Positions 51,065 through 61,910 of a stretch of 64,000 nt of DNA are shown in pieces. The stretch comes from an uncultured Armatimonadia bacterium (GTDB lineage: Bacteria; Armatimonadota; Zipacnadia; CAVVLO01): the NCBI GenBank assembly GCA_963749155.1, contig CAVVLO010000005.1:416001-480000 (forward strand), written 5' to 3'. The translations under genes and the position numbers were made by a program. Positions within the stretch are counted from its first letter, which is position 1. Every line of letters starts with the position of its first letter. The notes beneath the pieces are model-generated. The model saw only the letters and a list, made by a program, of their open reading frames with translations, was not told where the DNA came from and ran no database searches.

Positions 51065-51805
51065 ATGGACAGGTGGCTGGCTGTACTGGGAGTTGTGATT
51101 GGTATGGCGTGTTTCGCGACGGCAGGTAGTCCGGAGGAGCAGTTCGCTTATCCCCTTAGCTGCCAGGTGACCTGGCGAGGCGATGACGGGGCCAAAGGCG
51201 ATCCCGATGCCATCAACTGGGCTGAGGTGCCCAGGCTCGGTGACTACTGGCTGGCCGATGGCTCTGCCCTCGCCCCGCTGAAGACCGTCACCAAAGTCGC
51301 CTGGGATGCTGATTGCCTGTATATCTGGCGCTGGGCCGAAGACCCCGATATCAGAGCCACGATGACCGAGCGCGATGCGGAAGTCTTCCTTGAAGAATGC
51401 CTGGAGTTCTTCTGCGCGCCTTTTGGCGACCCCTACCAGTATCGCGAAATCAATGTCAATCCTCTGGGAGCGGTCTTCGACACCACTATCCGCTGGCCTC
51501 AGGGCCCGGCAGCGCTGCCTGAAAGACGTGATTCGTGGAATTGCCGCGACCTGGTGTGCAAGGTGCGCGTCAAAGGGACTGTGGAACAGCCGGACGATGT
51601 GGATGAGGGCTGGGAATGCTCGATGGCCTTGCCCTTCCGCTCGCTGACACGCTATGCGCCCAAACCTGGCGTCGTGTGGCGGGCGAATTTTTATCGCATA
51701 GAGAGAGCGCCCAAAGAGGAATATTGGTGCTGGAGCCCGACGCTCACCAATCCGCCTTCCTTCCATGTGCCAGCTCGGTTCGGTTATCTCATCTTCACCA
51801 AATAA
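51065..51805 (+). CDS. Secreted CBM9-like (DOMON-like) sugar-binding protein
   Basis: Signal peptide; WDADCLY, YREINVNPLG, W..SMALPF, WRANFYR and FHVPARFG motifs. Confidence 0.82.
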   Translation: MDRWLAVLGVVIGMACFATAGSPEEQFAYPLSCQVTWRGDDGAKGDPDAINWAEVPRLGDYWLADGSALAPLKTVTKVAWDADCLYIWRWAEDPDIRATMTERDAEVFLEECLEFFCAPFGDPYQYREINVNPLGAVFDTTIRWPQGPAALPERRDSWNCRDLVCKVRVKGTVEQPDDVDEGWECSMALPFRSLTRYAPKPGVVWRANFYRIERAPKEEYWCWSPTLTNPPSFHVPARFGYLIFTK

Positions 51806-51821
51806 CTGGAGGACCTACCTC

Positions 51822-54800
51822 GTGAGGTGCCTAATGTTTACTTTTGCTCTGTGCTTGTTGCTGCTGGCCTCGTGGGCTTTGGCCCAGCAGGCCGACCTGG
51901 TCGGCTCCTGGAGCTTCGAAGGCAACCTGGCTGACGATTCGCCGCTTGCGCTTGTCGCTGGAGGCGTGGCCCCAGTCTGGGCCGAAGGCCGGGAAGGCCA
52001 GGCGCTTGGCCCTGTTGAGCGCGCCCTTGAGGTGCCTTCGCAGCCTGAGTTGGAGCTTGCCCCTGGCCTGGTTATCGACTGCTGGGTGTACTTTGAGGAG
52101 TTTACCGGCTTCCACACCTGGATTGTCCAGAAGCCGGACGAATACCAGTTGCGTCTCGACCCGGAAAGCGAGGGCGGGCGTTTCTCCTTTTTTGTTATGG
52201 TTGGCGGCTGGGAGGCCCGGGCCTCGGTTGCCAGGCCCGAGCTGCACCGGTGGTACCATCTCATCGCCAGTTGGGATGGCGTTCAAAGCGCGCCTTGCGG
52301 TCGATGGCGAAAGCTCGGAGCGGATGCGCATTGGTCCCTCTGAACCAGCAGGAGGCCCTCTGACTTTCGGCGGGCCCGGTTATCGCCTGGACTCTTTAAG
52401 TATCTCCAACGCCTCCGCCAGGCTCAAGCGCGAGCTGCTTGACGCCCTTGCAACCCCTGGCTCGCAGCCTAATCGTGCGCTGGCCTTCACGCCGGAGGCC
52501 GGTTTTGAGGGCTGGAGGGCAAACGGGACTGGAGAGGTCCTGGCGACCGCTGCTGGCCTGCGTTTGACCGGCGCCGAAGCGGTCCTGAATCCCTCACTTG
52601 CCTCCGAGGTTGAAGGGCTGCCGCTGCTGTCGCTTGCCCTGCAATCCGAAAACGCCATCAAGTATGGCCGAGCGCTTTTCGTCACCGACAAAGGCAGGGG
52701 AGAGGTAACTTTCCTGCTTGGTCAGGATACGCCTGGCCTGGCCGCGATGGCGGGCTGCAAAGCCTGGGGCGGCACACTGAGGGCGCTTGCAGTTGGCCCT
52801 CTCCCTGGCCAGCCCTCGGATTTTACTCTGGAAGGCGTCTGGATTGGCGCAAAGCCGATGGGGCCGCCCTTCGCCTATGTGCGCAGTCTTGCCCCCTGGC
52901 GCGCCAATCTGCGCGCCGGCCGCGACGAGACGCTGGTCGCAATCGTGCGCAACCCGTATGGCCTGCTGGAAGACCTGTCTGCCGAGTTGATTCTGCCCGA
53001 AGGCGTTACGGCTCTGGAGGGAACACTCCGCTCGGTACCCCTCGTCCAGCCGGCTTCCCAGGCGAGGCTCGAGTGGAAGGTGCGCGCCGAGGCGCCGGTT
53101 AAAGGCACAGCGGAGGTTGTCCTCACCCTGGAGGGCCATCATCCCCCTGGCAAGACGCTGGCACTGGACTTCCTGCCGCCCCTGGCAGGGCCGCCGGCCG
53201 ACTATGTGCCTGTGCCAAAGCCTGCAAAATCCGATTACCTGTTGCTGATGCATTACTGCGCCCTGTGGAAAGACGGCACCCACTATGGCTGGAACCGCAT
53301 CGAGAACTACCCCGAGCGCCGGCCCGCCATCGGTTTCTATGATGAGGGCACCCCCGAGGTCGCCGACTGGCATATCAAATACGCGGTGGAACACGGCATC
53401 CAGGGCTTTATCTACTGCTGGTACCGCAGCGACTTTGAGCCCGAGATTCACCAGTCCCTCGGTCACGCCATCCACGACGGGCTCAAGAAAGCTCGCTACA
53501 AGGACCTGTTCAAGTACACGATAATGTGGGAGAACGGCTGCGCGCTGGGTGTAAAAGACCGCGCCGATATGCTGGACAATTTGCTGCCCTTCTGGATTGA
53601 GAACTACTTCACCGACCCGAGCTACCTCGTGCTGGACGGCAAGCCGGTGCTCTTTGTCTGGCAGCCCCAACTGTTGAACGGCTACTTCGGCGGTGTCGAG
53701 GAGACCCGCGAAGTGCTGGATGCGATGAGGCAGCAATGCCAGCAGGCTGGTTTCAAGGGTCTTACCCTTATCGCCTGCGTCGGCGGGGCGGATGCGAACC
53801 TTCAGAGGCGCCTTCAGGCCGAAGGCTGGGATGCGACTTCCGCCTATGGGATTGCCAGCACCTGGCATGACCCTGAGCCTGACTGGGACGGCGCCCTGGC
53901 CTGGGATTATGACACCTGGCTTCTTGGGCAGGCTGACACCTGGCAGGCCAAGCAGGACGTCGGCGCGCTGCCTGACATCGTGGACGTGATGATGGGCTGG
54001 GACTCTCGCCCCTGGCACGGCGAGAGCAATACGATGTATGCCGGCACGCCCGATCCAGCCGCCTGGAAGCGCGCCCTCGAGCGCGCCAAAGCCTTTGTCG
54101 AAGCCAAACCCGGCGATGGCCTGGACAAGCATATCGTTGTGCTGGACAACTGGACCGAGTTCGGCGAGGGCCATTACATCGAGCCGACGACGGGCCTTGG
54201 CTTCTCCTACGTAGATGCCATCCGGGAGGTCTTCTGCGACCCTGCCAGCCCGCCCTCGGAAAACGTAATCCCCGAGGATGTCGGCCTGCCGGTGCCGGAG
54301 ACCTGGTACGGCGCCAAGCGGCAGGCGATGCTGTCAGCGATGGAGGACAAGACCTTCCTCCTGGAAGACGGCCTGCTGGCTCACTGGACTTTCGACTCAA
54401 ACGACCCGCGCCTTGCAATTGATACCTCCGCCTGCAAGCTGCACGGTTTTCTGCGAGACTGCGGCAAGACTGACGGCATCAGCGGCAAGGCGCTTGCTTG
54501 TGGCAAGGACATCGTCGAACTGCCCAACAATGCCCTCTACACACCTTCGGAGGGCTTCACCCTCAGTATGTGGGTTAAACCCTCCCAGCCAAACCAGGCC
54601 GACACCTGGTTTGCCACTTGCATAACCGCGGCAAACTGCGGCTGGCGTTTTGGGCTTGGAGGGGGCAAGCTCGCTTTCCAGGTGCCAGTCACTGAATGGA
54701 GCCATCTACTGGTCTCTAATTATGAGGTGCCAGTGGGAGAGTGGACCCACGTCGCCGCTACCTTCGACAACATCACGATGCGCGTTTTCGCTAACGGTCA

Positions 54801-54978
54801 TCTGGTCGGCGAACTGGAACGCAAAGGGCCGATGCGCGCTGCTACAAACTCGCTTTATCTGGGCGGCTTCGGGATTGGTGGTATCCAGAATAACTTCAAG
54901 GGCGAACTGGACGAGGTAAAGCTGTGGGTAAGGGCACTTTCGGCAGAAGAACTCGCCAGTGAAGCCTCGCCGCATTAA
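51822..54978 (+). CDS. LamG - GH99/WbsX-like - LamG modular glycoside hydrolase, paralog 1 (frameshifted near 52285)
   Basis: GGAGG plus GTG start and signal peptide; PAIGFYDE, GFIYCWY, GWDSRPW, NWTEFGEGHYIEP; WTHVAATFD and GELDEVKLW LamG motifs. Confidence 0.85.
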
Positions 54979-54989
54979 GGAGTCCTGCA

Positions 54990-57900
54990 ATGAAACTGGT
55001 TCTCATACTGGCTCTTCTGTTTTCGATTGCCCTGGGGGCTCTAGCCCAGGCCGAGGTCGTTGCGGACTTCGCCTTTGAAGGCAATCTGACGGACTCCTCC
55101 CCCCTGGCTGGCAGGCTTGAGGGACGGGCCAGCTTCGCTCCCGGCCACCAGGGCCAGTGCCTGACCGAGCTTGATGCTCCACTTGTACTCGAGAGCAGGC
55201 CGGAGCTTTCTCTTACCGCTGGATTCAGCCTGGACTGCTGGATTTACTTCGACGAAGTGCCCACCACCCATACCCTTATCGCCATCAAGGATCAGGAGTA
55301 TCAACTGCGCCTCGATCCCGTCAGTGAGGGCGGCAGGCTGGCCTTTTTCGTCTATCTCAACGAGTGGGAACCCAGGCTCGGCGCGCCGCGACCTAGACCC
55401 GGCGTCTGGAACCACCTTATCGCCTCCTGGGATGGGGTAATGGCGCGCCTCGAGGTCAATGGAGAAGTCTGGGAAAGCGTCAGGACTGGCTCGGTTCTGC
55501 CCGCTGACACTCCACTCGAGATTGGCGGGCAGGTGCGACTCGACGAATTGCGGATAACAAATCCCTCGGCCAGACTCAAGCGCGATTTGCTGCTAGCTGC
55601 CCAGGCGCCTGCGAGCGGGGCAGGGCTTGCTTTCAGCCCCGAGGCGGGTTGGGGCGCCTGGCAGGCTGGCGCAGGCGGCAAAATGGAGGAGACCGCCTCG
55701 GCGCTCCGCATCGCCTCTGACGAGCAGGACGCCTGGCTATTCACTGGCGGCCTGGGGGCTGATGTCTCTAGCCTGCCTTTGGTTTCGCTGCTGCTCAAAC
55801 CTGCTGGCCAGACAACCTACGGCAGGCTGCTTTTCGTTACCGACGCGGGGAGTGGCGAAGTCAGTTTCCCGGTGCTGGAAGGGCAGTCCAGCCTCGCCGA
55901 TATGTCTCACAGCGCAAACTGGAAAGGCCGCCTGAGGGCGCTTGCCGTCGGATTGCTTCCACCAGGGCCTGGCGGCTTCGACCTGGAAGGGCTGTGGGTT
56001 GGAGACGCCCCGCAAGGGCCTGCCTTTGTCTATCCGCGCAGCTTCACGACCTACCGCGCGGTGTTGCGCGCAGGGCGAGAGGAGACACTTGTCGCAATCG
56101 TGCGCAACTCCTTCCTGCCAGCAAAGGACGTGCAAGTTACTCTGGAACTGCCACCTGGCGTCGTCCCTCTGGATGGTCTCGAGCGCGGCGTGCCCGAGCT
56201 TGCCGACAAGTGGCAGCAGCGCTTCGAATGGAAGGTCAGAGCTGAGGCTCCAATCAAAGGCGAAGCGTTGCTGAGGCTTTCCGCCGAGGGACGCCAGTTG
56301 CCCGAAAAGCGCCTGCTGCTTGATTTCAAGCCGCCGGTGGCGCCTGCCGACTATGTCCCGCCGCCCAAACCTGCCAAGTCTGATTACCTGTTGCTGATGC
56401 ATTACTGCGCCTTGTGGAAGGATGGCACCCATCTGGGCTGGAACCGGATCGAGAACTACCCCGAGCGCAGGCCTGCCATCGGCTTCTACAACGAAGGAGA
56501 ACCCGAGGTCGCCGACTGGCACATCAAATACGCGCTGGAGCACGGTATCCAGGGGTTTGTCTACTGCTGGTATCGCAGCGACCTGGAGCCCGAAATCCAC
56601 CAGATTCTGGGCCACGCCATCCACGACGGCCTGAAGCAGGCGGTTTACCGAGACCAGTTCAAATATGCGATTATGTGGGAGAACGCCAACGCGAAAGGCA
56701 TCGTCAACCTGGCTGACCTGCTGGACAACCTGCTGCCCTTCTGGATTGAGAACTACTTCCGCGATGCCAACTATGTGCGGCTGGACGGCAAGCCGCTACT
56801 GGTCGTGTATTACCCGCCGCGGATGCGCGAGCAGCTCGGGGGCAGCGACGGCGTGAAGGCGGCCCTTGCGGCGATGCGCAAAGCCTGCGAGGAGGCTGGA
56901 CTCGGCGGTTTGTATATTATGGCTTGCGAGGGCACGGCCAATGAGGCTAACCTGCAGCAGTTCGCCGCCGAAGGGTGGGATGCCACCTCCGCTTATGCCA
57001 CCTTCGGCCCCTGGAACGCAACCAGGCCTGATCCTGATGGCGGGGTTGAAAACGCTTACAGGCCCTGGGTGCTGGGCCAACTGGATATCTTCAAAGCCAA
57101 ACGCGAAATCGGCGCTCTGCCCGACATCGTGAACCCGATGATGGGCTGGGATCCCCGTCCCTGGCATGGCGAGTTGGGCTGTCTCCATACCGGGGCACCC
57201 GATGCAGCGGCCTTCAAGGAGTTTTGCCAGCAGGTAAAGGTCGAGATTGATTCGCGCCCGGCCAGCAGCCTCGACAGCAAGGTGGTGCTCTTCGACAACT
57301 GGACGGAGTTTGGCGAAGGCCATTATATCGAACCGACCAGTGGCACCGGTTTTGGCTTCTTGAACGCTATCCGGGAGGTCTTCTGCGACCCCGCGAGCCC
57401 CCCGGCAGAGGAGCTCATCCCCGAAGATATCGGCCTTGCGCCGCGCGAGAGCTGGTATATGACCAAGCGGCCTGTCTACCTGTCGGCTCTGGCGGACAAG
57501 TCGGCCGTTATGGAGGACGGCCTGCTGGCCCATTGGACCTTCAACGAAACTGATCCGGTGATGGTGAAAGACAGCTCTCCCTGCAAGCTGGAAGGCTTTC
57601 TCAATGACTGCGAGTACGGCCCCGGGGTCGAGGGGCAAGGCCTGGTCTGCACGGGTGATGCCGCCGAGATCCCCTTCAATCGCCTGCTGATGCCACCGGA
57701 GGGCCTTACGCTGTCGCTCTGGGTGAATCCCTCAGAGGCTGACCAATCCGATAATTGGCTGCTGACCTGTATAACGGGCGCCAGCACCGGGTGGCGACTT
57801 GGACTGGGCAAGGAAAGCAAGGCCGCCTTCCAGGTGCCCATCACCGATTGGAGCCATGGCCTGAGTGGCGGCGATCCGCTGCCGGTCGGCAAGTGGACGC

Positions 57901-58136
57901 ATGTTGCCGCGACCTGGGATGGCCAGATGCTGAGCCTGTATGTGGCGGGGAAGGAGGTCGCCTCGTTGCCCAGACAGGGCGCAATCCGGCCTGCGACAAG
58001 TTCTCTTTTCCTTGGGGGCTTCTCGCGCAACCATCCAACAGCCAATTATCTGGGCTCGATTGATGAAGTGAAGGTCTGGGTGAGGGCGCTTTCACCTGCG
58101 GAGCTCGCCGCTGAAGCTGCCCGGTTTGGAGACTAA
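54990..58136 (+). CDS. LamG - GH99/WbsX-like - LamG modular glycoside hydrolase, paralog 2
   Basis: Intact 1048 aa with the same architecture and motifs as paralog 1. Confidence 0.88.
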   Translation: MKLVLILALLFSIALGALAQAEVVADFAFEGNLTDSSPLAGRLEGRASFAPGHQGQCLTELDAPLVLESRPELSLTAGFSLDCWIYFDEVPTTHTLIAIKDQEYQLRLDPVSEGGRLAFFVYLNEWEPRLGAPRPRPGVWNHLIASWDGVMARLEVNGEVWESVRTGSVLPADTPLEIGGQVRLDELRITNPSARLKRDLLLAAQAPASGAGLAFSPEAGWGAWQAGAGGKMEETASALRIASDEQDAWLFTGGLGADVSSLPLVSLLLKPAGQTTYGRLLFVTDAGSGEVSFPVLEGQSSLADMSHSANWKGRLRALAVGLLPPGPGGFDLEGLWVGDAPQGPAFVYPRSFTTYRAVLRAGREETLVAIVRNSFLPAKDVQVTLELPPGVVPLDGLERGVPELADKWQQRFEWKVRAEAPIKGEALLRLSAEGRQLPEKRLLLDFKPPVAPADYVPPPKPAKSDYLLLMHYCALWKDGTHLGWNRIENYPERRPAIGFYNEGEPEVADWHIKYALEHGIQGFVYCWYRSDLEPEIHQILGHAIHDGLKQAVYRDQFKYAIMWENANAKGIVNLADLLDNLLPFWIENYFRDANYVRLDGKPLLVVYYPPRMREQLGGSDGVKAALAAMRKACEEAGLGGLYIMACEGTANEANLQQFAAEGWDATSAYATFGPWNATRPDPDGGVENAYRPWVLGQLDIFKAKREIGALPDIVNPMMGWDPRPWHGELGCLHTGAPDAAAFKEFCQQVKVEIDSRPASSLDSKVVLFDNWTEFGEGHYIEPTSGTGFGFLNAIREVFCDPASPPAEELIPEDIGLAPRESWYMTKRPVYLSALADKSAVMEDGLLAHWTFNETDPVMVKDSSPCKLEGFLNDCEYGPGVEGQGLVCTGDAAEIPFNRLLMPPEGLTLSLWVNPSEADQSDNWLLTCITGASTGWRLGLGKESKAAFQVPITDWSHGLSGGDPLPVGKWTHVAATWDGQMLSLYVAGKEVASLPRQGAIRPATSSLFLGGFSRNHPTANYLGSIDEVKVWVRALSPAELAAEAARFGD

Positions 58137-58139
58137 GCC

Positions 58140-59306
58140 TTGAAACGCGATGTCAGGTTGGTGCTGGCGGCGGTCTTTTGTTGCGAGTCGGCGCTTGCTT
58201 CGATGTATGTCGCCTACCCGCTGACAGCGCTCAAGCTGGGGGCGGATTCCTTCGACCTGGGACTGCTGGCGGCGTGCGGGTCGCTCATCTACGCGTTTGC
58301 GGTAGTCTGGGGAGGCAAGCTGGGCGACCGGTTCGGCCTTCAGACGCCACCCATCATCGGTTGTCTGGTGGGTGCCTGCATCCATCTGATTACGCCTCAC
58401 TGCGTGAGCCTGGGCCAGCTTTATGCCTGCCGGGCGGGCATTGGTCTGATAGGCGCGCTGCAATGGCCGATGCTGATGGCCTGGCTGACTGACCTTGGCG
58501 CCGACCGGCGTCATCGCACTCTGGTGGGGTTGCTTGCCTGGTTCAACCTGGCCTGGGCTGGAGCCGAACTCCTCGTCCCGCGTATCGCTGGGCAGGTCTA
58601 CCTGCTGGGGCCAGGGGCAGCTTTCGGCCTGGCGAGCGGCTTCCTGGCCCTGGGCGCCGGGTTCCTCGTGGTGGCCAAAGTGCAGAACCAGGCGCGTGCC
58701 GAAGAAGATACCACTGCGGGAGGCGATTCCTTCCAGGCGGACCGATTCCGCGCTGCCGGCCGGGTGGCCAACCTGGCCAGCTACTTCACTATCGGCATCT
58801 GCCTGCATTTGTTTCCTGACCTCGGAGTTCGACTTGGCTTCACCCCGCCCGAGTTGGGGCTGGCTAATAGCTTGCTTGGCGGGGGCAGGTTCCTTGGATT
58901 CGCCCTGATGATGCTGGGCTCGCGCTGGCTGTTCAACGGACGGTTGCAGCTTGGCTGGCAGTTGCTGGCGCTGGCGGGCGGATTGATTGGACTGGTAGCC
59001 CAGGCGCACTGGTTGCTTCTGCTGGCCTTTGGGCTGGTGGGATTGAATGCGGGTTTCTCTTACTGGGCCAGCATCTACTACGCGATGGCGGCGACCTCGG
59101 GCAGGGCGGCGAAAGGCGGCTGGCATGAGGCTTTCATCGGCGTGGGAGCGGCTTCTGGCCCCCTGCTTGGAGGGTGGCTTGCTGTCCAGAGTGGCAATCT
59201 GCGCGCCCCCTTCGCCCTGATGAGCGCTCTCGTGCTGGCGACGATTGTGGCGCAGGCCTGGCTTCTCAAACCCTGGCTGAAGCGGGAGCTAGCCAAACCG
59301 AAATAA
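58140..59306 (+). CDS. MFS transporter
   Basis: GKLGDRFG motif A and about 12 TM segments. Confidence 0.88.
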   Translation: MKRDVRLVLAAVFCCESALASMYVAYPLTALKLGADSFDLGLLAACGSLIYAFAVVWGGKLGDRFGLQTPPIIGCLVGACIHLITPHCVSLGQLYACRAGIGLIGALQWPMLMAWLTDLGADRRHRTLVGLLAWFNLAWAGAELLVPRIAGQVYLLGPGAAFGLASGFLALGAGFLVVAKVQNQARAEEDTTAGGDSFQADRFRAAGRVANLASYFTIGICLHLFPDLGVRLGFTPPELGLANSLLGGGRFLGFALMMLGSRWLFNGRLQLGWQLLALAGGLIGLVAQAHWLLLLAFGLVGLNAGFSYWASIYYAMAATSGRAAKGGWHEAFIGVGAASGPLLGGWLAVQSGNLRAPFALMSALVLATIVAQAWLLKPWLKRELAKPK

Positions 59307-59376
59307 AACCCAGCGAAAATTGATATCCTTATTTTTACCCAGTAATAATTGGCCGAGTCGGGCAATTCTACCCAGT

Positions 59377-59410
59377 AAAAAAGGGCGCCCGACGAGTGCC
59401 GGACGCCCCT
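59377..59410 (-). terminator. Rho-independent terminator of the DUF4838 gene
   Basis: Minus strand GGGGCGTCCGGC-ACTC-GTCGGGCGCCCT followed by TTTTT. Confidence 0.85.
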
Positions 59411-59430
59411 TTCCAATCCTGGAAGGTCAG

Positions 59431-61175
59431 TTATTCGCCCAGCCAGTCATTGCGCAGGTTCTCGGTAGGATTGCCCTCGCGCCATTGGCCGAAACCGTTG
59501 GCGTCTACGATGGCGAACAGCTGTTTTGCCAGTGGCAGGAAGTCCGGATTGCCTTTGCCCATCTGCGCGCATCGCACGTAGAGGATAGGCACCCAGGCCT
59601 TTTCGACCTCGGCATGAGCCAACTCGTCTCTCTCGGTCACCTTCAGCATCTGCTTGAAGAGCACATCGGCTTTCGCGATGAGTTCTGGTGTGAGATAGGG
59701 GGCGTTGGTGCCTTCCCAGATATGCATATGGTAGTCCTTCACCGAGTCGGCCATCATATGCAGATACTCCAGCATCAGCGGGGCGGCGGCGCCATAGACG
59801 CCTTCGCAGAACTCGTTAATCGCCACGTCCGCGTCATAGTCGGGATCCCAGAGGGCCTTGGCCATTATGTAGCTTTTCAGTTCGGCCCCCTCGCCCCCAC
59901 CCCCTGGCGGGTAGGCGCCTTCCTCGAAGATGCCCTTTACGCCGTGCTCGACGAAATACTTGATATTGGGCTGCAACACCCAGTAATTGGGGAAGGGCAA
60001 CCAGTAGTTGGCGAAGTCGGTATTGTAATCCCAGATATAGGTGCGGTCCGAGACTCGCGCCCACTCCTCCATATCGCGCCTGAAATTGGTGTTTTCACTC
60101 GAATCGCAGGTCGCAAGGGGATGGGAGAAGCAACACTCGATATTGCACAGGCGGATTATCACACTCGGCAGCGGCCGTGCGTCTTTGGGCGCTTTACGCG
60201 TGTATTGGTAGGCCAGCGTATCAATCGCCTTGTCGGGGAACTCGTCGGCCAGCTCGCCTGCGATATAGTTCACGAAGTTAAGCAGCGAGCCCATCGGCGT
60301 GCCCTGGGCTTCATCCTGAGCGCGGCAGTTGTCGCACTGGCAATTGCGGAAGGCGTCATTTTGCGAGACCGAGTAGATGCCTGCCTCGGGGTGCTCCTTC
60401 ATCCACTGGCGCACGCCCTCGAGCGCTATCCGGCGCACGTCAGGATTAGTGAGGCAAAGCTGCGCATACCCGTCCTGGCGCTGACCATCTACAAGCGAAA
60501 AGTATTCCGGATGATCTTTGAAATACTTCTCGGGGGGCAGCAAGTTGGAGAAGGTGTGTACAAAGGGAAATAGGTTATCTTGCCCCCGCGCTCTTCATCC
60601 AGGTGCATTGATTGGCCGTTTACCTTGTTGCGGGCCGCCCAGTCGGCCTCGAAAGCCTCCGTGAAGAAGGGCTCCCGGTATTCGAGGATAGGGACCTGGG
60701 TGTCGTCGAGATGGGCTGGCAGGCTGATAGTGGGCAGATGGGGCACCCGGGTTATCTTCGAGGTGAACCAGCGAAAACCGAGATAGTTCTCGAGGAAGGT
60801 GTAGACGCCGTACATCGTGCCGCGCTGGCCATCGCCTGCGATTATCAGCTTGCCGCCGCGCGTCTTGATAGTGAAGCCTTCCTTGCCAAGCTTCTTCCAG
60901 TTGATGACGAGACCAAGGTCTGCCAGGCGCGAATTGTTGCCAAGAAGTATCTCATGCTGCTGCCCTGGCGCGGTGTCGTCCACAAGGGGCAGCCTGGCGC
61001 CGCTTGCCTGTTCGAGATAGCTTTGCAGCTCACTGGCAGCGTGCCGCTCGGAAGGCGAGGCCTGGGCGGGCAGCACAATCTGATAATCACTTGTGCCCTC
61101 TATCGTCAGCTTCATAGCGTTGCAGCCTCCAGCCAGCACTGAGATTAGCGCAAAGGACAGAATCAGGTGGCGCAT
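59431..61175 (-). CDS. DUF4838 domain protein with a GH67/GH20b-like N-terminus, frameshifted near 60560
   Basis: Signal peptide; AA.ELQ.YL, RGTMYGVYTFLE, HPEYF, QLCLTNP, SQND and CQCDNC motifs. Confidence 0.82.
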
Positions 61176-61303
61176 ACCGAACCTCCTCGGGCAAGCTTGC
61201 CCCTGTGAAGCTCCTCTTCGCTTCCCACCCGGTCTTTCCTACTTGCGACGGTTGGCTTGTGGTAAGCTAATTGTATTCAAACCAGGCTGGAAGGAGAGCA
61301 GTT

Positions 61304-61684
61304 ATGACCGATAACCAGGGGCCTCGGCCTCAGAACTGGAACGAGCCGCCTGTCAGAGGCTTCAACTGGGGCGCGGCAGGCTTGCCTCAGCCGTGGACCC
61401 TGTATCACCGGCAGTGGGCCTGGTTCATCCTGGCCTTGCTGGCGCCGCTGATTGCCTCTATCGCGCTGGGGTTTCTTGGCAACCGGGTCTCCTGGGAAAG
61501 TGGCCAGTGGCGCGATGCGGACGAGTTCGTTCGGTCAAATGAACGCTGGCGACTGGCCGGACTCGTCACCATCATAATGACCTGCGCCATATTGGTTATC
61601 GTCTCGGTTGTTATGGTTTTGATTTGGGGAACTGCCCTGATGGCCGGACTGACTGCCGCTGGGGCTTCTTCAGGGCTGTATTGA
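61304..61684 (+). CDS. Small membrane protein (FNWGA motif family)
   Basis: GGAG RBS; FNWGA...W, GN...W and hydrophobic helices. Confidence 0.75.
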   Translation: MTDNQGPRPQNWNEPPVRGFNWGAAGLPQPWTLYHRQWAWFILALLAPLIASIALGFLGNRVSWESGQWRDADEFVRSNERWRLAGLVTIIMTCAILVIVSVVMVLIWGTALMAGLTAAGASSGLY

Positions 61685-61697
61685 GGAGAGAGGTAAT

Positions 61698-61910
61698 ATG
61701 ACAACTGTAAAACTCGCAATCCGGGGTATGACCTGCGAGCACTGCGTAAAGCGCGTGACCAAAGCGCTGGAGGGAGTTGCAGGTGTCGCACAGGCCGAAG
61801 TCTCACTGGCTGAAAACAGCGCCCAGGTAACCTTCGATGAAGGCAAGACTTCTCTTGCTGCCCTCATCGAGGCGGTTGAAGAGGCCGGTTATGAGGCGAG
61901 CGCTGCCTAG
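61698..61910 (+). CDS. copZ: Heavy-metal (copper) chaperone, HMA domain
   Basis: GMTCEHC metal-binding motif; 70 aa ending VEEAGY. Confidence 0.9.
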   Translation: MTTVKLAIRGMTCEHCVKRVTKALEGVAGVAQAEVSLAENSAQVTFDEGKTSLAALIEAVEEAGYEASAA

